Positions 50,111-62,300 of a stretch of 64,000 nucleotides of DNA are shown in pieces. The first letter of the stretch is position 1. Each line of letters opens with the position of its first letter. This stretch comes from Asterias rubens (lineage: Eukaryota), in contig NC_047074.1 in NCBI RefSeq assembly GCF_902459465.1, positions 1,550,001-1,614,000 of the forward strand, in the 5' to 3' direction. A model generated the notes under the pieces. The model saw nothing but the letters and a program-made list of their open reading frames with translations, did no database searches and was not told the origin of the DNA. A program made the position numbers and the translations under genes.

Positions 50111-53057
50111 ATTTATTTCATAGAGCCTGTATTACGCACAAACACTTGCTTAGTACAGAAAAATACTCCTTAGCAGAAGAAGGTTTCATAAAGCTTGTTA
50201 GCTTGTAAACAAAAACAGAATAGTTCTGTGGGGTTTTATAGCAGAAACGGGGTTCTAGACCAAACAACACTAAGTTTGTATTGTTCTGGCTGGTGGTTGA
50301 CTCGATTTTTTGCTTAGCACAGAATGTTTCCAAGCATTTTTTTCTCTGCTACAACAGCTTTATGAAATTGGGCCCTGGGTGGTTCGACAACTTATTTCAT
50401 TTGATACAACGAGATATTAAACGTGCAGTGACGTATGCTTTCTAGTTTGATTATTGGTCCGATGTGATGTGTGGCAGCTGCTCTTTACCTTTCGAAGTAA
50501 AAAAATACTTTTCATCAGATGCAACAGTGCATGCAAAAGCTTATACTAAAGAATGTTTCTTTATTACCAGTTCGTTATTCACGTGTACAAAGCATGTTGC
50601 ATTAAGGGATCATTTCTGTCTAATGACCCAATTCACCCCATTTCAAGGATTTCAGGGTTTCACGGGGAATTCCCCTGAATTCCGATTGCAATCTATACCA
50701 CTTGCAAAATGCCTCACACATATTTTTGACAAGTACGGCATACAAAATATCCATACTACCACACCATAGAACAAAATCATTACATGATATTAGGCTAGTC
50801 AACATAGAAGTCATGTTTAGAAAGACATTGTGTTGGAACCGTTGACTGTTTGTGGGTTCGAATCCTACCCGAGCAATATTATGTCTGTGGTTTTTATTCA
50901 CAGAGCGCGGGGAAAGAACTGAATATACAGTGCTAACAAACATCGTCGTCCATGGGGCAAAACCAAAATGAGCCAAGGTATATAATGTATACCAATTCCC
51001 TTTAATGACACCTTGTGAGCAGTCGAGTTGATCAAGCATAACGAGCATAAAAGAGCTTCTTGCTGTCATGGCAACCGTACACACAGTACGAAAACACTAT
51101 TGTTGTTGTATAGATGGATTGTATGCCGAATAAATGGCACCAGTTTAGCGTGTTGTATATACGATACGTTCACTGTACAGCCGGAACATGTAAACCATGT
51201 GTTTGTCTATTTCCCCCTGGTAACTCCTTTTAAGTTTTTCGATTTTTCCAACTGGAACGATTGTCTAAAACAGAAATACTACAACATAGGCTATACTTCG
51301 ACGCTATTAAGTTTTAATATAACAAAAACGAATTAAACCAATTTGCATGGAATATATTCTGCGTGAATCTTTTTAAGAAGGAGGGCGTGTGTTGTGGGCA
51401 AATTGTTCGCTTGGTTCATACCAAAGGAGGCAATATACAGCAAGCAGTTCTACGTAGTCTCCATTAAGAACAAAAACCACAATTCCATTTTATTTTCAGA
51501 ATCAATTTATTACAAAAATATTCCTCGTTCCACCAACATATATAATCATACTTTTCTCTGTTAATAACAGTGTAACTCATGGTTTAAAGCCATTGGACCC
51601 TTTCGGTACAGAAAAAAAAAAGGTTCACAGATTTACAAATAACTCACAGGGTTTACAGAAGGTAGTGTGAAAGACTTCCCTTGAAATATTATTCCATGAA
51701 ATGCTTTACTTTTTGAGAAAAACGTAAAACAATATCAATTCTCGTTAGCGAGAATTACGGATTTATTTTAAACACATGTCATGACACGGCGAAACGCGCG
51801 GATACACTGGTGGGTTTTCCCGTTATTTTCTCCAGACTCCGATGACTGATTGAGCCTAAATTTTCACAGGTTTGTTATTTGATATAGAAGTTGTGATACA
51901 CGAAGTGTAGGCCTTGGACAATAGTGTTTACCGAAAGGGTCCAATGGCTTTAACTCGTTTCATTATTGTGCCGTAACATAAAACGCTGTATTATTTAGTT
52001 TCATCTGTGATAACTCATTATGTATGTTTAACTAGAAAGCAATAAAATACTATCCCGGGAGAAAAAAAGAAGAAGAAAAAAATAAAAAGGTGTTCTTGTT
52101 GCATGATGTTCAGTTTTGTTGCCTCCAAGTTGACTGTATAAATTGCCCCAATATGAGACAGCAATACACGTATGTCAATTTTGTTTTATATCAGTGGGAT
52201 ATATACTTTATTCCCCTTCAATCTGTATAAAACTAAATCCATCCAAAATGAAAAGAAGAAAAAAACAAAAACCACAGACAAAAGTAACACATCGTTTACA
52301 ATGTTCAACAGTAATAGGCAGCACAAGCACAAAAAGTCAAGGACGGTATTATTAAACCAATATCATAATATCTAGATTAAACAATCTGAGTAAACTTTTT
52401 GTTTTAATTCAACAATGACATAATAATAATATAGATGAACAAATTTGAGTAAATTTTTTTATTACAACAATAAAATCATTTATATAAAAAGATTAACAAA
52501 TCTGAATACCGTTTCACTTAATAATTATTAAGACACACGTGAAATGACTGGGTAAATAGCAAGTAAATTTTTGGGTCGAAAACAAGAAAAATTAGCGAGC
52601 CATCCGAAGGTAGCTGGTTCATATCCCACTCATGACAGTTTATAATTATTCAACATAAATGTATGGTTCATTTTCTGTAAGGCAGATGGCTTGTTATGAT
52701 TTCATTATTATTATTTGTATTTGGCAGTTTTACATGAAAATACAAGGATACAAGAACTTAAGTTTAAACTAGAACTTAAGTTTAAACTTTGGAAAACGTT
52801 AATCATTAACATGTGAATACCAAGTGGATACTGTGCACATACTGTGAAGAAGTAAAAAAAAAAAAAAGTCAGCAATAATTAACTTCATTATTGAAAAATC
52901 ACATTATTTTTGGATTGTTTATAAACGATTGCTTATTATTTATTTAAAAGGCAATTCAATGTGTTAACCTTTACTTGTCACAATTAAAGTTACATGCGTA
53001 ATTTATTTCTAATACACGCTCAAACATCCTGATGGGGGAAACCTTAGCCCACTTTCA

Positions 53058-53457
53058 TTAAAGGAACACGTTGCCTTGGATCGGACGAGTTTGTCTATAA
53101 AAAGCGTTTGTAACCGTTTGTTATAAAATGCATATGAAACTTGGAAAGATGTTTCACTAAAAGGAATACAATGATCCACACAAATTTGCCTGCCTCGAAA
53201 TTGCGTGGTTTTCCTTTTACTTTGCGAACTAACACGGTCGGCCATTTATGGGAGTCAAAAAATTGACTCCCATAATATAATTATTGGCCGCGAGTTGACG
53301 AGGTTAAAGGAAAACCGTGCATTTTCGAGGCATGTTTGTGTGGATCATTGTGTTCTACTTTTACAACATCTTTCTACCCACATGCATTTTATAACAAACG
53401 GTTACAAACGATTTTCAAAGACCAACTCGACCGATCCAAGGCAACGTGTTCCTTTAA
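53058..53457. mobile_element. TTAA-flanked MITE family C (Kolobok-type); second copy 56719-56971
   Basis: TTAA-AGGAACACGTTGCCTTGGATCGG...CCGATCCAAGGCAACGTGTTCCT-TTAA. Confidence 0.85.
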
Positions 53458-54112
53458 GCTGGTGTAACAGGCAGTGACAACGAGACAAATGTTGGAGTTC
53501 TTAGAGTATTTTATTCGTGTTTAATATTTACATTTGAAGTGTTGTGTTCATAATATACAAAAAAACGACAGTCAGAACGGTTCTATCTGGAAGTTAAAAG
53601 AAAGAACCAGAATTGAGTAAATTTAAATAACACAACTGTACAATATTATCTTCCCAAGAATCGGTATAATAATAATTTAAAGACAGTGAACTTAGGCAAC
53701 TTGAAATATCTGCCCAAGATTCATCAATAAGACAAATCTCTATATAGCTGTTTCAATCAGCAAAATAACATAAATGCGGCAGGTTTACGTTTCCATACAA
53801 ATGGAACATGTTTCCCGGCCTGAATAAATAGAAACTGAACCAGAGCTCTTCTTTACTCTTAGTATAATTTGAGGAATAAGTTATAGCATTAACGAACCTC
53901 TCTATAAATGCTCGCAATTGTTTCGCGGCACTATTATGGCTCTGAGTGACAGCAAGTGGGGTAGCAAATCGAGCAGTTAGTGCAGCGGCTACATACAGCA
54001 GGGCGTGGAAGAGGCAAGAGGTGAGATGAAAAAATCGTCCCGTCTAGGTGTTTTCCTGCAGAATAAATGAAAAAGGAAAAAGAACTACCACGGTGTGGTT
54101 TCCGTTTGAGTT

Positions 54113-56232
54113 TCAAACATTGGAGCTGTCCCATTCAAACCCGGATTCGATGCCCGGTAAGCCTGAGCTCCTCTTTCTACGACCGGTCCCAGGCCTCTCC
54201 GATGCGGAGATGGTGGAATGGAGAGAAACAGTAGAATTCCTCATATTGGCCTGGCTGTTACTGCGAGGTGATGAGCAGTTGTCCGAACTCATGGGGTTAC
54301 TGACCGACGTCCCTGCCGTGTTTCGCGGCGTGACGCCCCTTGGGCTCACGCTCCTCTGCCCAGGTGCTCGCGGAGATAATTCCAGTTCATAGTCATCACT
54401 TTCTTCTTCACCGTCGACAGGGTGCCGAACACTGGCGATTTGTAGAATTTGCGGCTGGTCTCGGAGCCGGATTCGCCGAGGCAAGGGCTCCAAAATCTGG
54501 CTTGGTGGTCGGTAAGCAGGCGGTTCGTCTAACGGTGTGACTAGTGAGGCGCCTCCCGAACCCTCAAAGGGTAAGCTGCCTACTGCACCCCCACCAGAGG
54601 CATTACCGACCGATTGCAACTGCTTCATCGTATAAAACGCCGTGACCATCGTGTTGACCAGGCGAGTAGCATCTCGTACGTCCCGGCACACCACACCGTG
54701 ACACTCCAACGTACCGTCCCCGGTGAAGCCGCTGGGAGGCGGACGGTTGTAGACCCAGACGAGGGCCGGAGGGCACGGCTCATGGTTTGTGGAACACCTC
54801 GCTATCCGGACAGTCTCGAAGAATTCTCGGGTACCCTCGCGGACTTCGTCTTCGGCGAGCCTGTTTGTCATGGGCGCCATGATTCGCACTGTGAACCCGG
54901 ATGTGACCACTTTAACATACACCTGTCAAAGAGCAACATATCAGGGCATTCAGGTCATCAGTGGTATCTTCCAGGTACTTAGTCCCTGTGGACCCTGGTT
55001 CGAATCCCGGACCAGAGGTGGATTTCACAAAGATTGAAGACTAGTCTTATCTCGACTTAGGACGAGTTACTAACTTAGGACTAGCCATACGTTTTTAATA
55101 TCTCCTAGGACTAGTCCTAAGTTAGGACTATTCCTAACTCTGTGAAATCGACCCCATCAGAGCATATTGCACTCTAAAAACCACCCGGTTCAAAACTAAA
55201 CGGATCATGTTCATATGGGGGTCATAATCCCGTGGGGCCATTCCGGGAATCTCTGGACTAATTGAGATGATTTTTCATAATTCGAGACAGTGTATAAAAT
55301 ACTGCACCTTTAAATCTTAACCCACCCCCCCCCCGATTTTTTTTTATATCAAAACAAGAATGCCGCGGTACATCATGGACATTGTGTTTACATGCTGAAA
55401 CTGTGCATGGTTTTTCACCCTTTCCTCCTGACTCGCACAACAGGTGAAGCCCATACTTTCATATGTTTGCTATTCCATGTATGTTTAAATGATTGATCAC
55501 ATGAAACGTGAACACCGACCGGTACTATTTGTCGGCTCTACCAACCCAGTAATAAATGCATAATAAGAGCAAACAATTATGGATTTTTGTCTCTGCCGTG
55601 GAAACATTGGCCTTGTACTCCACGAGTGCATCCGGCAATTACACGCATTTGTATTAGGCTGACTAGGGTGGCGTTTAAAAAACAACCAATATTTTGTCAA
55701 GGTTTTCATTTACAATTTTCTCAAGTAGGCCTATGACTTCATCTCAGTGGAAAATATTACACATAAGTAATATTTCTAGTACGCATTCCACAATAAGCTT
55801 TCAATTTATACTTATGTTTTTGTATTACTACCAAACCTGTCATAACCTCCCTAAATTATTATGAGAAAATATAATTAGCTGTTGCAAACAATGAACCAAA
55901 AGGACCGATGGTATAAATTTATGCAAATAATAATCAATGGCCAAAGACGTTTCGACCCATAGCAGAGTCTTTCTCGAAAGCTAAACAGTTTGATGTTACA
56001 AAATATTTACCTCATTCCTTACATGAGCTACATTACGGCCTGCCTCCCGTTCATGGCGTCGTTGTAACCTAGCGACAACCCTGGTAAAATCGCCATTTGT
56101 CGTCGTGTCAACCTCTTGTTGCTTCGTAAAACCAAGGTATACATCACAAGGTACCCACTCGTCCAGTTGAAATGCCAGTCCAGGCGGTGGAGGTCCAATG
56201 ATCGATCCCTGGGGAACACCAGTCGCCATCAT
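54113..56232 (-). CDS. PTB/PID domain adaptor protein (PID1/FAM43-like), 339 aa; exons 56232-56023, 54922-54113
   Basis: The spliced product has DVYLG...VVARL/VYVKV..SGFTV...VRIARCS....ALVWVYNR....LECHGVVC....A..LVNTMVTAF, the PTB beta-strand/helix pattern, followed by a Ser/Arg-rich tail. In-frame stops precede the ATG and the junction is phase 0. Confidence 0.75.
55013..55157. mobile_element. Small MITE with internal (T)AGGACTAG motifs; fragments at ~37673-37750 and 41008-41060
   Basis: Termini gatttcacaaag / ctgtgaaatc. Confidence 0.55.
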
Positions 56233-57674
56233 TGCGGCCAGTTATCAAATCCCTTTTTGCTTCTACTCCTGATACTTTCTGTTGATGCAGCGCATCAATG
56301 ACTCGTATACAAAAACTGCTTTCGTGATCCGTCAATATGCAAATAAAGCAGACCTGGTGATTCACCTGTTGATAAATAAACACCACATAGGGAGCCCAAT
56401 CACCTACTGCATACATGACTACTACAATCACAAAAGAAATGATACCCTCAGTTCCTAGATTTTTAGTCGAGTCGGTGAACTGGGTTTTTAAGTGGCATAA
56501 TGAGCAAAGCATTGACCCGTGATATTTGATATTAAAGGGGCACATTGCTTTCAGATTGGGAGCTTTGGTCTACAAAAAAGTATCCATTTAGTGGCTTTAA
56601 ATTTTCTTCGTTTCGTGCATGCCTCGACCAGCTGCAGGGGCGTAGAAAATCAAATATATGTTTAATGAATTGCGCCTCATAGATCAAATTGACTCAATGC
56701 ACTTGACCTAGAGTATATTTAAAGGAACACGTTGCCTTGGATCGGTCGAGTTGGTCTTTGAAAAGCGTTTGTAACTGTTTGTTATAAAATGCATATGATT
56801 AGAAAGATAATTTAAAGTAGAAGACAACCACACAATTTAGAAATATTATATTTGGCGTGGCCATTATGTTTTTACTTTTAAAATAATATTTCCAACAACA
56901 TTGTTCATTTCATGGCAAACTTTTTTTTACAGTCGAAATTGCCCACAATCCCAGGCAACGTGTCCCTTTAAAGGCAGTGGACACTATTGGTAATTGTCAA
57001 AGACTAGTCATCACAGTTGGTGTATCTCAACATATGCATAAAATAACAAACCTGTGAACATTATTGAGCTCAATCGGTCATCGAACTTGCGAGATAATAA
57101 TGAAAGAAAAATAACCCTTGCAACACGAAGTTGTGTGCGTTTAGATGGTTGATTTTGAGACCTCAAGTTCTAAACTTGTCTCGAAATCAAATTCGTGGAA
57201 AATTACTTCTTTCTCGAGAACTATGGCACTTCAGAGGGAGCCGTTTCTGACAATGTTTTATACCATCAACCTCTCCCCATAACGCGTCTTCAAGAAAGAT
57301 TTTATGCTGATAACTATTTTGAGTAATTACCAATAGTGTCCACTGCCTTTTAAAACCAACGGATCTCAAAAATGTTTGAGAACTAGCTAGACTTGCACAG
57401 TCCTTACTGATGATGAGCCCTTGGTGTCATTGTGAAAGTTAACATGCGTAATCACGAAGCAAGGGCTCCGTGTCAGTTTGTGTCCTCGATGAAGATAACA
57501 TCAAACAGAATCTGGCATTGGCCTTGAAAACTTAATGACAATTCCTGATTGTTGCCATCCCTACAATAGACGGTCACAGCTATAGACTTGATTTCAAGTC
57601 TGAGGTCGTGATTAGCCACGCCAAACTCTCCCACAGATTAGGTACCAAACGCCATTCCAACTTTCAATACGTAG

Positions 57675-57718
57675 GCTTTCCTGACGATGACTAGAGCAAG
57701 CTAGTCGAAACGTTGAGA
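57675..57718 (+). ncRNA. Minimal type I hammerhead ribozyme motif
   Basis: CTGACGA-t-GACTAG-agcaag-CTAGTC-GAAA-CG-TT-gaga: catalytic core, perfect 6-bp stem II and palindromic ACGT stem III. Stem I is partly mismatched in this copy (gtctc/gagac in the sister copy). Confidence 0.7.
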
Positions 57719-58009
57719 CCAATTTTCAGAACTGACTCCGCGGCAGTACAGTTAATTACGATCATATAAGCTTAAGTAGTAGTCCAGTCTAATTTCTATA
57801 CCATCCGCCCTGGTAATAGTTAAAAAGCAGGACAGTTCTTTTCAGAACTGAGAAGTCTCCCGAACCTCCGATTATCTACTCCACGGCAGTAGAATAAAGC
57901 AAGACAGTTCCCTAAGAACAACTCTACCTGGCAAGTAGATACACATATGGTGTTACCGCAAACCAAAATATACATTGATACCTCACCATGCAATGCCTCA
58001 AATCCTATA
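57675..58009 (+). mobile_element. ~335-bp hammerhead-headed non-autonomous element (Penelope/retrozyme-like), copy with intact core
   Basis: Aligns end to end by eye with 11442-11774. Confidence 0.7.
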
Positions 58010-58058
58010 TAGGCTAATGATGCATGGTTAACAAGAGGGCGCTATTTCAGGCAATTAT

Positions 58059-58209
58059 GGGTGCGTTCGTTTAGCTTCCCTGGGTCGACCCCGGTGTGTG
58101 GCGTGTTTTTTTTCCAGGACAAACGTGTGCAGATAATTACCCACGTTGGTCCTGGAAAAAAAACCGCCACACACCGGGGTTGGCACAGGGAAGCTAAACT
58201 AACGCACCC
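58059..58209. mobile_element. 151-bp palindromic MITE
   Basis: GGGTGCGTTCGTTTAGCTTCCCTG...CAGGGAAGCTAAACTAACGCACCC, with tat on both sides. Confidence 0.7.
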
Positions 58210-59218
58210 TATGTATTGGCTATCGGGTAGACTAAAAGCAACGACCGCAGACTTGAAACATAGTCTACGGTCACGGCGCTTCGATGAGACCGGTGGGGCC
58301 GAGGTTAACGATCGAGGTTTGCCATTGAAAAATAAAACGGGACCAGACGTTTACAGTGATGCATAGATCATGTTCCTTGCTCTATACATAGAGATGACCC
58401 CGGCATATAGCGAACGAGTGTTGGGGGCACAGAACGATGATGTCATAACTTGATCGGAGCATTGAGCGGAGGGTATTCCCCTTTCGCTCGTCGAATCGGG
58501 GAAAAATACATAAAAATGGCATGAAGCTGTTGCCATATGAACCATTGTCCCCCCCTCTATGCTTGACAAAGCCTATACGTGATCACATGTAACCGTATGC
58601 AATGCGTTAGTATCAATATTGAAGAATGTTGGCCTATATAGTGAAAAGGTACTAGACGTCCCGGAGGAGGAAGTATATACTACTGTAAAAAGGTTTATCG
58701 GGTTTTCTTTTTCTCATGTAAAGGTCACCACTATATTTATGCCTGTACTCTCACCGGGTGCCTGCACCACACACTGATTGTTTTTAGGCCTACGCCATAT
58801 GCTGAACGAATTTAAGACAATAAATAATAGTTTTTCCAAGGAAAGGAGCTAGGCGCTGGTTTATAATATCATACGTGTGTAATGATAAGTTCATGTTCAT
58901 GTTTGTTTCAAAGCAGAGGAAACATATGCACACTCGCTTCCTGTAAAATCTCATCCGGTTGCTCGACCATCACCACGGTCTCTCCTGTGCAACAACTACC
59001 AACTCCAGCCAACTAGCAAACTCATCATCAGCTAGTATCTATACAGGCGAATGACCTTGTGCTCGTTAACGAAAACATACAAGGGAAGTACATGTTCGAA
59101 CCACACCTCCTTTCTATCTACTGCACCTGAAGGTTAGATAGTGTTAGACCACGACCAGGAAACAGCTTTCTCTGAGGTTTTATGCGCCTGGGTATGTAAT
59201 ACAAGTTTCGTAACTTAC

Positions 59219-59340
59219 GTCCAACACTGAGAGAGAGTGTTTTTGGTGCGTCACTGGCTATCTTCTTGTGGGTCTTCAACGCACGAGGAGCCTGCAGTCA
59301 TACGTCGTGGTGACAGGGTCCGTGGTTCTCGGTGTTAAAG
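59219..59340 (-). other. Candidate non-coding first exon of the PTB adaptor gene (5' end approximate)
   Basis: The PTB start exon has an acceptor at 56279, so an upstream exon is required. A consensus minus-strand donor ggac|GTAAGTT lies at 59219; an alternative donor lies at 58755. Confidence 0.4.
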
Positions 59341-59347
59341 TCTGAAC

Positions 59348-62300
59348 ATGTCGCAGTTCCTTGCATTCGTGTATGGGATTGTACTCACCATTGGGAATGC
59401 TGGTAAGTGTATAATGATGTTTGTGTATAGATGGTCTATTCAATTTAAAGACGGCCCTGACAAGAAATGATTGCTCAAGGCCTGTCATGGTTTCGTTTCC
59501 GTGAATGGTGGGCTACCACTGCGAGCACAGACCTTCAGATTAGTTACTAAGCCTGTGTGTACTGATCTTGCCGTATTTCATAGAGCCGCTTACAAAAAAG
59601 CTAAGCACAACAATTAGTTTGCTTATCAAAATAAGGTTACCAACCAAACGACCAAGTCTTGTGTATAATTTGTGACTGGTATATTACTAATTTCGGCTAA
59701 GCAGAGCCTTTTTTAATTTTTCTTTTCTGAATTGGGCCCAGACCAGGGGGCAATTTCATAGAGCTGCTTTAAGCAAAAAATTCGCTTAAGCACGAAAATA
59801 GCTTGATATTTTACACATGTTTCTGGCAAAAATGTCATGCCACATACACTGCTTGTGACTGGTATTTAGCTGTTGTTTACTTAGCATACCAATTGAGTGG
59901 AGTTTTAGCTGGTAATCTGATTTTACTAAGCAAATATTTTTTTGCTTAAGCACAACTTTGTGCTTAAGCAGCTCTATGAAATTGGGCCCATCTGACTGAC
60001 CATAGAGCAAGGTCCAATGTGACGGATGATGCTTGATATTCCTGGCAAGCGCGTCACCACACACCTTCGTCAGTCATGTTGATAATTTTTATGATTCAAC
60101 ACACAGAAATATAGAATATAGATTTTAAAAAGCTCAGGCACACGATTCAGGTTTCCTTCCCTTGAACACAGCATCCTTGAACTTTGATCCTGATTTATTT
60201 TAGAGCTAAGTTGGTAGTAAACAATTTTGTTGCGAAAATTGCATTTCTCGTTTTGGGGACACACCCGCGCTAATAATAGTGGATGATACTAAACGACCGG
60301 AAAACCACCCTAAATAACTTTCCTGCTCTTAGACCGGTAACCATTAACATAAAACCTTATTGTTCTGTGATAAAGTGAACTTGATGCACTTTATATCAGA
60401 ACAGAGCGCATAATAGAGCAGCGACTCCATGCCTCTGTTTTCTGAGGTTCATCTAAATTTTATTTTATTCAAATTTTGCGACATAAAACCAGTGTTATCT
60501 TTTGACATCATCGCAGTACTCGAAGTGAGTGTTTCACAAATTTCTTCTGATATCAAACGCTGCTGTAAGCTTCATTTGTCAACTTTTTTATACAAAAAAT
60601 AACAGACCAGTGAAAGTAGGGATTTTCTCAAAATGTATACAAACCAGAGCTGCTGTACTTTTTACCATTTTACAAGTTCTGTTTTCAAATTCCTATAATT
60701 ATATCCATCCATTATGTCAAGAAACAGGTCCAGGTTAAAATTTACTTACCTCTGAGACCTGGTAATTAAACAAATCTTTCATTCCATAACAAGTTCTGTT
60801 TTCAAATTCCCAAATCCATCCCTATGTCACGAAACAGGTCATGGAGGATAAATTTACTAACCTCTGATACCTGGTAATAAATTAAAAAAAGAATTCATGC
60901 CATAACAAGTTCTGTTTTCAAATTCCTATACCCATCCCCGTGTCAAGAAACGGGTCCTGGAGGTATAACATTAATATACTATAAAGCTCTGAGACCTGGT
61001 AATTAAAAAAAGTATTTCATGCCATAACAAGTTCTGTTTTCAAATTCCTATACCCATCCCCGTGTCAAGAAACGGGTCCTGGAGGTATAACATTAATATA
61101 CTATAAAGCTCTGAGACCTGGTAATTAAAAAAAGTATTTCATGCCATAACAAGTTCTGTTTTCAAATTCCCAAATCCATCCCCGTGTCAAGAAACAGGTT
61201 CTGGAGGTTAGTACATAAATATACTAACATCTGAGACCTGGTAATAAAAAAAAAATATTTCATGGCATAACAAGTTCTGTTTTCAAATTCCCAAATCCAT
61301 CCCCATGTCAAGAAACGGGTTCTGGAGGTTAGTACATAAATATACTAACCTCTGAGACCTGGTAACTTAAAACATCTTGCACAGTCCCGGGTATACATGC
61401 TTATTCAAATAAGGAACTTTATGTTTATTTTTAAAACATTGAAATCATGCCAAGAGATATATACCAAGAGTTGGGAACAACATACGTTTATTTATTGTGA
61501 TTATTAAACAAAGCAAAATTAATTTATGTAAACAGGTCTAGCGCAGGACACAGCAGTAACAGACAGTTCGGGTGTCCAGGAAGAACTGTCGCCTCGTCTC
61601 GTCTGGACTGAGCTTCGTATTGTGGACCGAAGGGCGCAGATTCAAAGCCTACCCGCCGACCCAGCTGAATACATCACTAGCAATGTAAGAACCAAGGAAC
61701 GACGGCTATAGGAAGTTTAGCCTCTCCATTGTTTTTGTTTTGTTTCTCTATAAAGTTCTGTGTAATAATGTTATCTGTCTGAGTTATGGTAATGCCCAAA
61801 TCGACACAGCAATTTAACATCACTAGCAATAATTATAAGAACTCTGAATATAGTTACCCGCTGCTAAAAATTAGAGGATTCGAACTGCGTCTACCGGGCA
61901 ATCTCGGTGGTCTAAATGGTAATAAGACACTGCTCTACCTTCCGCCCAGGTAGTAGGGCCTACGCAGTCAAAAAGCAGGAGAGTACTGTTCAGAACATGA
62001 GAAGTCTCCTGAATTCTTAAAAATATACTCTGCTGTAGTAAAATGTAAAGCACGAGACATCATCTCAAAGGAACAAAATCTACAAAGCAGGTAGATGGTG
62101 TTACCGCAAACCAGTATTGTTACCTCACCTTGCAATACATTGCCATCTGATTTTCATTCTAAATCTTTTTGGCTAACATTTTATCCTTACCAATTCTGTG
62201 TAAAACCATTACATGTTATTCAACATCATTTTGTTTTTTATTTCATCTTCATCACTCTCTAGGTAATCTCTTCAAAATATTACTACGAACTGACGCCTGC

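Noticed and set aside
55946-55980. Minus-strand hammerhead-like gactc-tgctat-gggtc-GAAACGTC
   Set aside because: The core reads TTCGAGAA rather than CTGANGA and no stem I is evident; at most a decayed Penelope terminus.
56144-56545. 133-aa minus-strand ORF with a hydrophobic stretch
   Set aside because: It is out of frame with the PTB exon and runs through its acceptor and intron; no family features.
60665-61372. CRISPR-like regular array
   Set aside because: Whole units repeat without unique spacers and the context is a eukaryotic intron.
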